64,000 nt of DNA from a virus (IMGVR_UViG_2870517152_000001:7231-71230); one strand, 5' to 3'; shown: positions 1-9,168, counted from the stretch's first letter. Numbers and translations: made by a program. Notes: generated by a model from the sequence alone, not told the origin.

Positions 1-387
1 GTCGGCGACCACTGGGTACAGACCCACCGGCAGGCACTCACCAAGGGAGCGCCCGGGCGCGCCGGCAAGCGGGCGTGCCTCGGCCACGTCGTCACGCTCA
101 CCCTCACCAAGCTGACAGCGCTCGAACTGCTGTGGCTGGCCACCGGCTGGGTCCCCTCCGGGATCACCGCCGGCGCCGCCCTGGCCCTCGACATGATCAG
201 CCACTATTGGGCCGACCGGCAGCACACACTCGCCGCCCTCGCCGAGCGGCTCGGCAAGGCCGACTTCCACCAGCTCGGCATGCCCGAGGCCGCGCCGACC
301 GGGACCGGCGCGTACGCCCTCGACCAGTCATGGCACCTCGCCTGGACGTTCATCACCGCCCTGATCATCGCCGGAGGCTCCTGGTGA
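1..387 (+). CDS. DUF3307-like membrane protein (5' truncated by window)
   Basis: Frame 1 open from base 1: GDHWVQT...K...H...SHYWADR...DQSWH motif pattern with hydrophobic helices; typical of actinomycete conjugative elements. Confidence 0.65.
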   Translation, partial: VGDHWVQTHRQALTKGAPGRAGKRACLGHVVTLTLTKLTALELLWLATGWVPSGITAGAALALDMISHYWADRQHTLAALAERLGKADFHQLGMPEAAPTGTGAYALDQSWHLAWTFITALIIAGGSW

Positions 388-1526
388 ACCTCACGACCCC
401 GGCCGACCCGCCGCCCGAAGACATCGAGCGCGGCATCGCCGAGATCGAGCAGCACCTCGCCGCCCAGGCACCGGCCCAGCCGGCGCCCACCTCCCGGGAG
501 CTGGCCGTGCCGGCTCCCGCCGAGGACGACGACGAGGATGAGGATGTCGAGGCGGCCGAGCACGTCATCGACATCGACATCGACCTCGACGGCGGCGAGA
601 CCCGCCGGGTCCGCAGCCTGCGCGCCGAGGTCGCCGAAGCCCACCTCCTCGTCGGCTTGCAGGAGGACGAGGCGCCGCTGCTCGTCGACAGCCCGCGGGT
701 GCGCAAGCGCCGCCGGGCCGCCTACGAGGCGGCCAAGCTGCACGAGCTCACCCACGACCCCGTCGCGCTCGCCTACCGCGACGCCAAGGTTCGCCGGGCG
801 GTGACCGTGATGGTGATGTCGGCGGCGTCCATCGCGCTGGCCGTCAGCTCGATCGGCGTGCAGTCGTCCGTCGCCAAGGCCCTCGACCTACCGAAACACT
901 CGGTCGGCTGGTGGGCGGCGTTCGGTGTCGAGCCCGCGATGTCGCTGCCGCTGCTTGCCACGGTCGGCGCGCAGGCGTACAGCGCGATCCGCGGTGTGGT
1001 GGTCGACCGCAAGAGCGACGCCGGCCGGAAGCTGTTCCGCACCGAGGCGCTGCTGCTCGGGTTGACGCTCGTGCTGAACTGCTGGCCCGCGATCAAGATG
1101 GATTTCGATCTGCTGGCGTTCATCGTGCACTCGCTCGGCCCGGTCGCCGCGGTCACCGCCGTGTGGGTTCTGCCGACGCTGTGGCAGGTGCTCGCCGCCC
1201 TGCCCGTACCCCTCCCCGAGAGGACCGGCGGGGGCTCCGTCAGACCCGTCCGCCGCGCCTCCTCGAGGCCGTCGAGCGCGACCGGGCGTACCCCCTCCTC
1301 CACGGCGGATGACCAGCGGCGGAGGAGACCGGCGGAGGGGGGCTCCTCCGCCGCCTCCCGGGGGCGTACGGCGGATGAGCATCGCGCCGAGCTTCGCCGG
1401 TTGATCGCCGCCGGCGAGTTGCCGTCGCGGCCGTCTGCCCGGGCGATTCAGAACGCTCTGCGGTGCCGGGAGGAACTCTCCCGGGAGTTGCGCGACGAGC
1501 TCCGCGATAGGGGCGAGTCGCGATGA
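384..1526 (+). CDS. Spd-like / DUF2637-like plasmid spread membrane protein
   Basis: GGAGG then GTG at 384 overlapping the upstream TGA; four TM segments (GVEP motif) and a C-terminal helical/HTH-like region. Confidence 0.55.
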   Translation: MNLTTPADPPPEDIERGIAEIEQHLAAQAPAQPAPTSRELAVPAPAEDDDEDEDVEAAEHVIDIDIDLDGGETRRVRSLRAEVAEAHLLVGLQEDEAPLLVDSPRVRKRRRAAYEAAKLHELTHDPVALAYRDAKVRRAVTVMVMSAASIALAVSSIGVQSSVAKALDLPKHSVGWWAAFGVEPAMSLPLLATVGAQAYSAIRGVVVDRKSDAGRKLFRTEALLLGLTLVLNCWPAIKMDFDLLAFIVHSLGPVAAVTAVWVLPTLWQVLAALPVPLPERTGGGSVRPVRRASSRPSSATGRTPSSTADDQRRRRPAEGGSSAASRGRTADEHRAELRRLIAAGELPSRPSARAIQNALRCREELSRELRDELRDRGESR

Positions 1527-1552
1527 CCCGTGACTCTCGGAAGGAGTCTTCG

Positions 1553-2023
1553 ATGAGCAACACCTCGTCCCGGCCGGGCTGGTCCGGGGACATGTTGGAC
1601 CGCCCGGAGATGGTCGAGGCGTGGGCCGGCCAGCTGCGGGCGTCCTTGGCCGAGTACGTGGACTACGTCACCCGTATCCGTCGGGACGCCGAGGCCATGT
1701 GGAAGGCCAATCCGCCCGCCGAGTTCGGCAGCTTCGAGGCGTGGTGGCGGCACCACAAGGTCGCTGGCCCGTTCGCCCGGCTCCAGGAGCACCTGGAGGA
1801 GGCGGTCAAGCTCACCTTCGAGGTCGCGGCGCAGCACCGCCGGCAGCGTCACGAGGTGCCTGCCGCACGTCAGGCCGCCGCCCAGGCCAAGCAGCAGGTG
1901 GCGCTCGGCCGCGGCGCGGACACCGGCCGCTCGCCCCAGCCCCGACCTGCGGAAGCCCGGGCGCCGGCGGCCTCGCAGGACAGCACCTTCCTGGACTTCC
2001 TCCGCGGGGAGCGGTCGGCATGA
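1553..2023 (+). CDS. Conjugation-cluster helical protein
   Basis: AAGGAG RBS before ATG 1553; helical protein coupled within the tra operon. Confidence 0.55.
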   Translation: MSNTSSRPGWSGDMLDRPEMVEAWAGQLRASLAEYVDYVTRIRRDAEAMWKANPPAEFGSFEAWWRHHKVAGPFARLQEHLEEAVKLTFEVAAQHRRQRHEVPAARQAAAQAKQQVALGRGADTGRSPQPRPAEARAPAASQDSTFLDFLRGERSA

Positions 2024-2271
2024 GTACCACGATCGAGCTCACCCCGGAGGCGCGGCGGCGGCTCCAGAACCTCGCCAAGACCTGGGACGAGCGGGCCCGT
2101 GCCGCCGCAACCGACGCTGAACTGGCGAAGGTGTGCTTCGACCGGGCCAAGGCCGCCGCCCGCTGGGCGCAGCGCACCGGCGACATGCGTGCGATGCACG
2201 AACTGGCTGAGCTGCTCGCGACGTGGTCCGCGCAGACGGAGTACACCGCCGCCACCCGTCACACAGCGTGA
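2020..2271 (+). CDS. Hypothetical protein (83 aa)
   Basis: ATGA overlap with the upstream stop; alanine-rich helical sequence. Confidence 0.65.
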   Translation: MSTTIELTPEARRRLQNLAKTWDERARAAATDAELAKVCFDRAKAAARWAQRTGDMRAMHELAELLATWSAQTEYTAATRHTA

Positions 2272-2393
2272 TGCGCATCTTCATGTTCATCTGCCGCGTC
2301 CCCTCGCGCGCGTAATGCGCGGCGCGCGTACGCGCGGCGCGCGAGTATCCCGAATTCGGTTACTGACTGTCAACCCCCAGAGAGGAGGCGGAC

Positions 2394-4211
2394 ATGAGCG
2401 ACAACGACGAGAAGGGCCGCGGCGGGGAGCTTCTGCCCTTCCCCCGCGTGATCCTGCCAGGCTCCATGGACGCCCCCGAGCCAGGGCCTCGCGCCGCCGC
2501 TGGCGCCGCCGACGAGCCGGCCGCCCCGTCATGGCCTCGCCTACCCCGGGTGGAGCAGATGGGCCCCCCGCTGCACATGACCGTCCCGGCCGTCCCGGCG
2601 CTCGAATCCGGTGACGAGGAGGGCGCGTTCGCCCCGCCGCAGCCGGAGGACCCGGACAACCCGACCAGTCGGGACACCCTGCAGCTCGCCGTCGCGCTGA
2701 TGACGGCCATGGGTGTGGCCGCCGCGCAGGGCATGTGGCATCGGGCGCGGCACCGTTCGGCGCTCGCCGATCAGGCCCGGGCCAACGCGGACAAGGCGAC
2801 CGCGAAGGCTGCCGCCGCAGGATCCGGTACGCGCGCGGAGGGGAAGCGGTCCGGGTCGCTGACGCGCTCGCACCAGGAGGGCACACACAGGAAGTCTCAC
2901 GGGCCGCGTGGCGGCGGGCGAGGCGCTGGCGGGCACACGGGCCATGACGGCGACCGGAAGGCGCGTAAGGGGCCGAAGGGCGGCCCCAGCGGGGATCGGA
3001 GGCCGGGCGACGGCAAGACCGGCCCGAGCCCCAAGGCGCCCAAGGCCGGCCCGGGCGGCAAGACGATGCGGGACGGGGACAAGTCGAAGCAGCGCAAGCA
3101 ACGCCCCGGCAAGGACGGCAGCGCCCCGACGCGCCCCGACGCTCGCGTCCCTGAGGCGAAGGGCAAGCCGCCGAAGCAGCCCGCCCCGGCCGGCAGCAAG
3201 GGGCCCGGCAAGGGCGCGCGCGACGCGAAGCGGCCCACCGGCCCGGCCCCGTTGACGTGGAAGGCGCCCAAGAGCGGCAAGGACGCCAAGGAGGCCAGGC
3301 CGAAGCGCTGGACCGGCGGGCGCCCCGAGGGCAGCGGCAAGCCGGCGAAGAAGCCGACGGGCGGCGCCGGCAAGGACGAGCCGGCCGCCAAGACCCCGGG
3401 CGGATCCCGGCGGCCCGAGGGCCAGAAGCTGACCTGGAAGGCGCGCAAGGGGCACGGCAAGAGAAGCGCGGGGCCGAAGCGGTGGACAGCCGGACGGCCC
3501 GGCACCGGCCGCGGCAAGGGCACGTCCGGCACCAAGTCCGCGGGCGACTACCAGGACGCCGCCGGCTCGTGGAGGCCCCCGCCACCGCCGCCTCCCGGGT
3601 GGGAGGGGATGAGGCCCCCGCCCGGCGCCGACCGGGCCTACCGCTTCGAGCGGATGGACCGCGTCGACCAGCCCCCCGGCCGCGAGCAGCACGACAAGCC
3701 GGCCAGGGCCGTCACCGGGGCGCCCGCGGCAGGGTGGCGTGCGCTGCCCGCCGGCCGCGCCGCCGCGCCGCAGTCAGCCCCGTACGAGCAGGGAGCCCGA
3801 AGCATGAGCACGCCGCCGCCCCGCACGACCCAGTACGGCGACGCCGAGCTGACCATCTACGACGTGATCGAAGCCGACGCCGACATGGCCGAGGAGATCA
3901 CCGACGGCGTCGCCGAGGCCCGCGCGACCGCCGAAGGCTGCGAACGGCTCATCACCAAGCTCGAAGCCGTCCACGCCAAGCTCATCGAACTGCGAGTGCC
4001 GGGCGTCCTGGCGGGCTGGATGGTGCGGCTCATGGACAAGACCCTCACCGTCAAGGCCCGCGCGAACGCCATCGCCGAGGGCCTGCCCCGGGCGGCCGAG
4101 GCCATTGCGACCGCTGGCAGCAACGCCGCGGCGCGGCACAAGCCGCTGGCTGACGCCGTCCGCGACGCTGGCCACACCAGGCCCGCCGAGCGCGAATACC
4201 ACGACGAGTAG
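2394..4211 (+). CDS. Large K/G/P-rich conjugation-cluster protein with one TM segment and a C-terminal helical-hairpin domain
   Basis: GAGGAGG RBS; low-complexity basic middle with duplicated LTWKA/PKRWT motifs; ordered C-terminal ~130 aa. Confidence 0.7.
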   Translation: MSDNDEKGRGGELLPFPRVILPGSMDAPEPGPRAAAGAADEPAAPSWPRLPRVEQMGPPLHMTVPAVPALESGDEEGAFAPPQPEDPDNPTSRDTLQLAVALMTAMGVAAAQGMWHRARHRSALADQARANADKATAKAAAAGSGTRAEGKRSGSLTRSHQEGTHRKSHGPRGGGRGAGGHTGHDGDRKARKGPKGGPSGDRRPGDGKTGPSPKAPKAGPGGKTMRDGDKSKQRKQRPGKDGSAPTRPDARVPEAKGKPPKQPAPAGSKGPGKGARDAKRPTGPAPLTWKAPKSGKDAKEARPKRWTGGRPEGSGKPAKKPTGGAGKDEPAAKTPGGSRRPEGQKLTWKARKGHGKRSAGPKRWTAGRPGTGRGKGTSGTKSAGDYQDAAGSWRPPPPPPPGWEGMRPPPGADRAYRFERMDRVDQPPGREQHDKPARAVTGAPAAGWRALPAGRAAAPQSAPYEQGARSMSTPPPRTTQYGDAELTIYDVIEADADMAEEITDGVAEARATAEGCERLITKLEAVHAKLIELRVPGVLAGWMVRLMDKTLTVKARANAIAEGLPRAAEAIATAGSNAAARHKPLADAVRDAGHTRPAEREYHDE

Positions 4212-4223
4212 GGAGGCCCTGTC

Positions 4224-4658
4224 ATGGGTGCAGAACTGGAAAGAAGCCCCACAGGCGCCGCGGTCGCGGCCAGCAGCGGCGTGCTGGAGACGGTGGTGCG
4301 CTACGGCATCATCATCGCCCAGCTCACGGTGGCCGGGATCCGGCTGCGCGGTCTGAGCGAGCAGGTGCGCTCGACGTACCGCTACGTCGAAGGCTGCTCG
4401 TCCGGCGTGGACCGGCTCGCCGAGCAGATGGCTTCCCTGAAGGTGGACGTCGACACCGTCAGCGAGCACCACCAGGCCGCCGCCGTCATGCGGTCCGTGC
4501 TCGCCGAGGCCGACGCGATGGCCGCCGACACCGAGGACCTGGCGACCATGTTCGGCCAGGCATCCGACGCCCACCAGGCCGACTACGGGACCGTCGCCGA
4601 CACCGCCACCAGCATGCCGGTCCAGATGGCCGAAGCCGAGTTCTACAGCAACCGCTGA
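4224..4658 (+). CDS. Conjugation-cluster helical protein (144 aa)
   Basis: GGGAGG RBS; long amphipathic helices; C-terminus AEAEFYSNR resembles the end of the preceding protein. Confidence 0.7.
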   Translation: MGAELERSPTGAAVAASSGVLETVVRYGIIIAQLTVAGIRLRGLSEQVRSTYRYVEGCSSGVDRLAEQMASLKVDVDTVSEHHQAAAVMRSVLAEADAMAADTEDLATMFGQASDAHQADYGTVADTATSMPVQMAEAEFYSNR

Positions 4659-4677
4659 TGAGCCGAAGGAGAAGATC

Positions 4678-5538
4678 GTGACCCCGCCGCCGCTGCCCAA
4701 GGTGGACATGTCGCTGCCAGAGTGGCACGACCTCAGCCGGGCGCTCCGCCGCCTCGACACCGCACGCAGCGGCACGGGCCGCCTGGCCACCGCGGCCGGC
4801 TTCACCGCCGCGGCGGTCGGCCTGTTCACCGGCGACTTCGCCGGGGCGTCCCTGCTGGCGACCGCCGCCCTGTCCGCCGCTGGGCTGGCCTCCCTGCGGC
4901 TGTGGAAGCCCGATGGCCAGCAGAAGACGGTCGCGACCGTGCTCTACCTGGCGCCCGGCGCCAGCCTCGCCGCGCTGCTGGTCGGCGAGCGGATCGTGCC
5001 CGGCATCCACTGGGTGGAGGCGCTCGGCCTGGCCGTGTGGACGCTCGGGGTCGGGCTGGTGCGGCCGGCCCGCGTCGCTCGCCGCATGATGTCCCCGACG
5101 CCGCCGCCCGCGCCGGCGACCGACCTGGCCCCGGTCGACGGGCTGCTCGACGACCATCCGGCGGCGCGCTGGTGGGCGGAGCACGTGGCCGTCAAGGGTG
5201 GGGCCGCGCCCAGCACGCTGCTGGAGGGCATCGAGCGGACCGGCGAGAAGTCGCTCAAGGCCGTGATCCGCTCGGCCACCCCGGGCCGCCCGGTCCCGAA
5301 CATCGACGTCAAGGACCTGTCGGCGGCCATGAACATCCCCGAAGACCTGATCAAGATCGGGCCGGTGCCCGGCAGGGGCGCCTCCGTACGGCTGCTCAAG
5401 GTCGGCCAGCAGGAGGAGGACCGCGACCCAGCTTCGGTGTGGGCCAGCAGGATCGCCCCGCTGGCCATGCCCGGGACGGTGCTGACGAGCGTACGCAGCG
5501 GCCGGCCCGCCGCGAGTACCTCAGGACAGGAGGGCTGA
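4678..5538 (+). CDS. Membrane protein, probable N-terminal anchor partner of the TraB ATPase
   Basis: Four TM helices followed by an alpha/beta domain; immediately upstream of the FtsK-like gene. Confidence 0.65.
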   Translation: MTPPPLPKVDMSLPEWHDLSRALRRLDTARSGTGRLATAAGFTAAAVGLFTGDFAGASLLATAALSAAGLASLRLWKPDGQQKTVATVLYLAPGASLAALLVGERIVPGIHWVEALGLAVWTLGVGLVRPARVARRMMSPTPPPAPATDLAPVDGLLDDHPAARWWAEHVAVKGGAAPSTLLEGIERTGEKSLKAVIRSATPGRPVPNIDVKDLSAAMNIPEDLIKIGPVPGRGASVRLLKVGQQEEDRDPASVWASRIAPLAMPGTVLTSVRSGRPAASTSGQEG

Positions 5539-5541
5539 CCG

Positions 5542-7011
5542 GTGAGCACGCACACGCTGGCCCGCAGCGACGAGATCGTGGAGTTGATGCTGGAGGCGCC
5601 GCCTGGCCAGGTCATCAAGTACGACAAGGAAGCGCTCTGCTCCGCTCTCGGCGTCTCCGATGATCCGGCGCGCGTAGTTGTCGAGACGAGCGGCAGGCAG
5701 GCGATCGTCACCATCTACCCGTCCAACCCGCTCGCGGTGATGCCGCCGCCGTCGCCGAGCGACATGCTGATGGACCGGTACGGGCGGATCGTGGTCGGCC
5801 GCCACCACAACGGCCGCCCGGCGCGCCGTCGGTTGTTCGACCCGCGTACCGGCTCGGCCGTGCGGGCGTTCGTCCTGGGTACGACCGGCGCCGGCAAGTC
5901 CCGGACGGTCCAGTACACGCTCGCCTGCGAAAAGCGCAACCGCATCGTCTCCTGGTACGGCGACCTCAAGGGCGGCCAGAGCGCCCCTGAATCTGAGGGC
6001 CAGGTCGACTGGCGCGCCACCAGCCAGGAGGAGGTCGTCCTGATGCTGCGGTCGGCGGTCGCCGTCGCCCAAGCACGGCAGCGCCGGTACGCCGCGCTGG
6101 GCCGCAACGCCTTCCTGATCGGCGACCCGGACCCGCTGATGTCGGTGCGGCTCGATGAGGCCAACCGCGGGCTGGAGCGCGGCGCCCCCTACCGGGACGA
6201 GATGACGTATTGGATCAAGGAGTTGGGCCGGACCGGGCGCAGCGTCGGCGTCGGCATCGAGTTGGACGCCCAGGCCAGCCATCTGGAGGAGCTCGGTGGC
6301 AGCGACACGTTGAGGGCGATGCTCAAGGAGGGCGAGATCGTCCTGCTGCGCTGGTCGTCGTCGATGATGGCCCAGCTCGTCGCGGACGGCCTGCTGTCCG
6401 CGACCCAGTCGTTGCCGCCGATCCCCAAGCAGTTCAAGCCCGTCCAGCTGCGCAGCCAGTTCGACCTGGTCGGCGACGACGATGACGACTTCTGCGACAC
6501 CCAGGGAACCGCCTACCTGCTGTCCGGTGCGACTCCCACCAGCATGATGCGGCACTGGCGGATCGGCTCCATCGCCCCGCTGCCCGGTCTCGATCCCGAG
6601 ATCCAGGCCCTCTACGGGCCCGGTGAGCCGGCTCGCCTGGAGGAAGCCTCGTGGGAGGCGGCCGGCGCGGCGTACGCCGCCCGCCACGACCAGGCGGACA
6701 TGGCGGCGCTGTGTGCCGAGTTGCGTGAGGAGCTCTCGCAGAAGGGTCGTGGGCAGGCTGGTCACGGCGTTGACGACGAACCGGACGCCGGGGGCCGGAG
6801 AAAGCCCCGCCTCCTTGTCGACCGTGTCGTGGCTGCCCTGGCCGGCGCTGGCGAGCCGATGAGCGTCGAGGAAGTCCTGGCCTCTGTCAATGCCGACGGT
6901 GGCCGCCAGGTCAAGTCGGCCAACTCCGTCCGGAACGCCCTCCGTGACCTCGTCACCGCTGACGACGTCGCCCGCGCGGGGCACGGCATGTACGTCCTGC
7001 AGAACGCCTGA
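5542..7011 (+). CDS. traB: FtsK/SpoIIIE-family conjugal DNA translocase (TraB-like)
   Basis: Walker A GTTGAGKS, Walker B VRLDE, GRTGRSVGV...Q motif, C-terminal winged-helix-like domain. Confidence 0.8.
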   Translation: MSTHTLARSDEIVELMLEAPPGQVIKYDKEALCSALGVSDDPARVVVETSGRQAIVTIYPSNPLAVMPPPSPSDMLMDRYGRIVVGRHHNGRPARRRLFDPRTGSAVRAFVLGTTGAGKSRTVQYTLACEKRNRIVSWYGDLKGGQSAPESEGQVDWRATSQEEVVLMLRSAVAVAQARQRRYAALGRNAFLIGDPDPLMSVRLDEANRGLERGAPYRDEMTYWIKELGRTGRSVGVGIELDAQASHLEELGGSDTLRAMLKEGEIVLLRWSSSMMAQLVADGLLSATQSLPPIPKQFKPVQLRSQFDLVGDDDDDFCDTQGTAYLLSGATPTSMMRHWRIGSIAPLPGLDPEIQALYGPGEPARLEEASWEAAGAAYAARHDQADMAALCAELREELSQKGRGQAGHGVDDEPDAGGRRKPRLLVDRVVAALAGAGEPMSVEEVLASVNADGGRQVKSANSVRNALRDLVTADDVARAGHGMYVLQNA

Positions 7012-7041
7012 CCGGTTACCCAACTCGAAAGGAAGATCGCC

Positions 7042-7356
7042 ATGATGTCCGATCCCCCCACCACACGGGCGGACCACGCCCGCGCCGAGATGTGCCTCAC
7101 CGTCGCCGCGGCCATCCTCGGCATGTTCGCCCTCACCCAGCGCTCCGCCGTCACCTGGGTCCTGTTCAAGGCTGGCGTGCCCGCGCCGTGGCTGTCGCCG
7201 TGGGTGTGGCTCCCGCCGCTCACGGTCTCCGCCGCCTGCTTCCACGTCGCCTGGCGCCTGATGCGGCACGGCACGGTGCCCGCCGTCTCGGCGCTCGTCG
7301 CGTTCGCTGGCTGGGCCATGATCCTCCTCGTCGAGGTCGCCTGGTGGGTCCGGTGA
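7042..7356 (+). CDS. Small membrane protein (three TM segments), Spd-like
   Basis: GAAAGGAAG RBS; hydrophobic helices. Confidence 0.6.
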   Translation: MMSDPPTTRADHARAEMCLTVAAAILGMFALTQRSAVTWVLFKAGVPAPWLSPWVWLPPLTVSAACFHVAWRLMRHGTVPAVSALVAFAGWAMILLVEVAWWVR

Positions 7357-7560
7357 CCGGAGCGGCGTTGCGGATGCCCGCCCGGCGTCACGTCGGGCGC
7401 GCGTCCGGAGCAGCCAGCTCCGCCACCGGAAGGAGCCCAGTGTGACCAGCAACGCCCGCGAGTTCGACGTGATGGACATGCGCGCAGCCGAGGCGATCGC
7501 CCGCGCGAGTGGGTGCGCCGTCGAGGAGGCGCTCGGGTACATCGCGGACGGAGAAACCCC

Positions 7561-8166
7561 ATGTCACTGATCCACGACCTCGAGCGGGTACGGGGAACTG
7601 GCTGCGTCGAGCGCATGATGGCGCTCGCCAGTGAGCTCGGGCTCACCGCGGCCGATGTCGTCCACATGCCGCACCAGATCGCGGCCGAAATCGCCGAGGG
7701 CTGCATCTGGTACGAGGACGCGCACGGCCTCGGCCACAAGCGGGACTGGCACGAGCACTTCCGGTACGGGGCCGACGTCGCCACCGCCGCCGGACTGGAG
7801 GGCATCGTCGCCTACCTCCTGACCCAGTTCTGGGAGGAGAGCGTCGCGGCGATCCTGCGCCGCCCGGACCGCACCGCCCACCTCACCCCGGAGGAGGTGG
7901 CGCAGCGTACACGGTTGAAGCTGTGGGCGGACGCCACCTTCGGACGCTGGGTCGGAGGGCCCGCGACAACCAGCCTGCGAGGCTGGCAGCAGAGCCTCCA
8001 CGTACGAGAGCCCCGGCCGTCTCCCCAACGGCCGGGGCTCTCTCATGTCCGGTCCAGGTCGGCTCACCTGCGGGCAGGGGCCGCCGGACACCTGGCTCCC
8101 GCGGGGCGCAACGGTGGCCACCCCGGCTCCGCGAGAGCCAGGCTGCCTATCGGGCGCGGCCTGTGA
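7561..8166 (+). CDS. Hypothetical protein; C-terminal ~60 aa probably spurious read-through
   Basis: GGAG before ATG 7561; the frame runs through a terminator hairpin at 8008-8040. Confidence 0.45.
   Translation: MSLIHDLERVRGTGCVERMMALASELGLTAADVVHMPHQIAAEIAEGCIWYEDAHGLGHKRDWHEHFRYGADVATAAGLEGIVAYLLTQFWEESVAAILRRPDRTAHLTPEEVAQRTRLKLWADATFGRWVGGPATTSLRGWQQSLHVREPRPSPQRPGLSHVRSRSAHLRAGAAGHLAPAGRNGGHPGSARARLPIGRGL
8008..8044 (+). terminator. Intrinsic terminator ending the tra operon
   Basis: 13-bp perfect stem GAGCCCCGGCCGT / ACGGCCGGGGCTC, 7-nt loop, followed by TCTC. Confidence 0.65.
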
Positions 8167-8470
8167 GGATGCGCAGCCACACGTCGTCAGCCTGCGGGCG
8201 CGACCACGGGCCCGCGTAGTGGCTGATCATCGAGTCGCCCTGCACAAGCCGGTGAATCTGGTAGGCGCCGCTGCACGACACCAGCTCGTACGTCACTGCC
8301 AGGCACGAGCACGTGTACTGCAGCACGCGGTACGGGCCGACCGGTTCCCTTTGCCACGGGATCTGCTTGCAGCCGGCCAACGGACGGCCGGGGTGCGGGG
8401 AGATGCCGGGGCACTCGAAATCGTCGCTGCTCGCCGAGGTCCGGCCGCTGTCGGGCCAATACACCGTCAT
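8147..8470 (-). CDS. Hypothetical protein (Cys-containing, 107 aa)
   Basis: ATGA overlap with the 8467 stop; MTVYWPDSG... sequence. Confidence 0.55.
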   Translation of the reverse strand: MTVYWPDSGRTSASSDDFECPGISPHPGRPLAGCKQIPWQREPVGPYRVLQYTCSCLAVTYELVSCSGAYQIHRLVQGDSMISHYAGPWSRPQADDVWLRILTGRAR

Positions 8471-8709
8471 GGCATGTCCCCGGCGGTGAAGGGGATCTCC
8501 TTGCCGATGGCGGCCGAGACGCGCAGGACCATGCCCTTCATCTCGGCGTCCTGCACGGTGGTCGCGGTCTCGGTGTCGCCGGTCCGCTTGTGCCGGACCC
8601 GGATGGTGCCGTCGTCGTCGCGGCTGGTGTCGCATTCGGGGATCTCGGGGATCTCGGGGAGCGGCGTCGAGGGGTTGTCCTCGGCGTGGCCGCTCGTAAA
8701 CTCGGCCAT
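8467..8709 (-). CDS. Hypothetical protein (80 aa)
   Basis: GGAGG 8 nt before ATG 8709. Confidence 0.55.
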   Translation of the reverse strand: MAEFTSGHAEDNPSTPLPEIPEIPECDTSRDDDGTIRVRHKRTGDTETATTVQDAEMKGMVLRVSAAIGKEIPFTAGDMP

Positions 8710-8807
8710 AGGTCGCACCTCCACCGTGCGATCGTCTGGGCCCGCTGGCGTGTCCGCGCCGGTCGGGCCCACATTCATGTGCGGCTGGTGACCGTCATGC
8801 TACGTCG

Positions 8808-8831
8808 CTTCACCATACTTCACCATGGTGA
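8808..8831. promoter_or_regulatory. Candidate operator in the divergent region upstream of GntR
   Basis: CTTCACCAT repeated at 8808 and 8818; perfect 12-bp palindrome TCACCATGGTGA at 8820-8831. Confidence 0.4.
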
Positions 8832-8885
8832 GACATGAGGAAGTATGGGTATCCGCAGGTCAGTAGGGGTGCCTAGCGTGAAACC

Positions 8886-9140
8886 GTGATGATCGAATGG
8901 CGGTTGAATGCCCCACGCTGGGTGCAGATCGCGGAGATCCTCAAAGCGAGGATCGCTGACGGCACCTACCCGGTGGACTCGCCGCTGCCGAGCGAACATC
9001 AACTGGTGCAGGAGTTCGGTGTCGCCCGCGGGACCGCGCGCAAGGTGCTGGTCCGGCTGCGGGAGGAGGGCGTCGCCTACGCGGTGCGCGGTTTGGGGAC
9101 GTTCGTGGCCGCGCCGAAGCCGAAGCCCACGTCAGAGTAG
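8886..9140 (+). CDS. GntR-family winged-helix regulator (Kor/TraR-like, DNA-binding domain only)
   Basis: RWVQIAEILKARIADGTYP...LPSEHQLVQEFGVARGTARK...GLGTFV is the GntR HTH signature. Confidence 0.9.
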   Translation: MMIEWRLNAPRWVQIAEILKARIADGTYPVDSPLPSEHQLVQEFGVARGTARKVLVRLREEGVAYAVRGLGTFVAAPKPKPTSE

Positions 9141-9168
9141 CCGTCCCGGCTGGCGTACCCTGGCGGCC

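Noticed and set aside
5521-7542. 673-aa minus-strand ORF
   Set aside because: Antisense shadow of traB; no recognisable domain.
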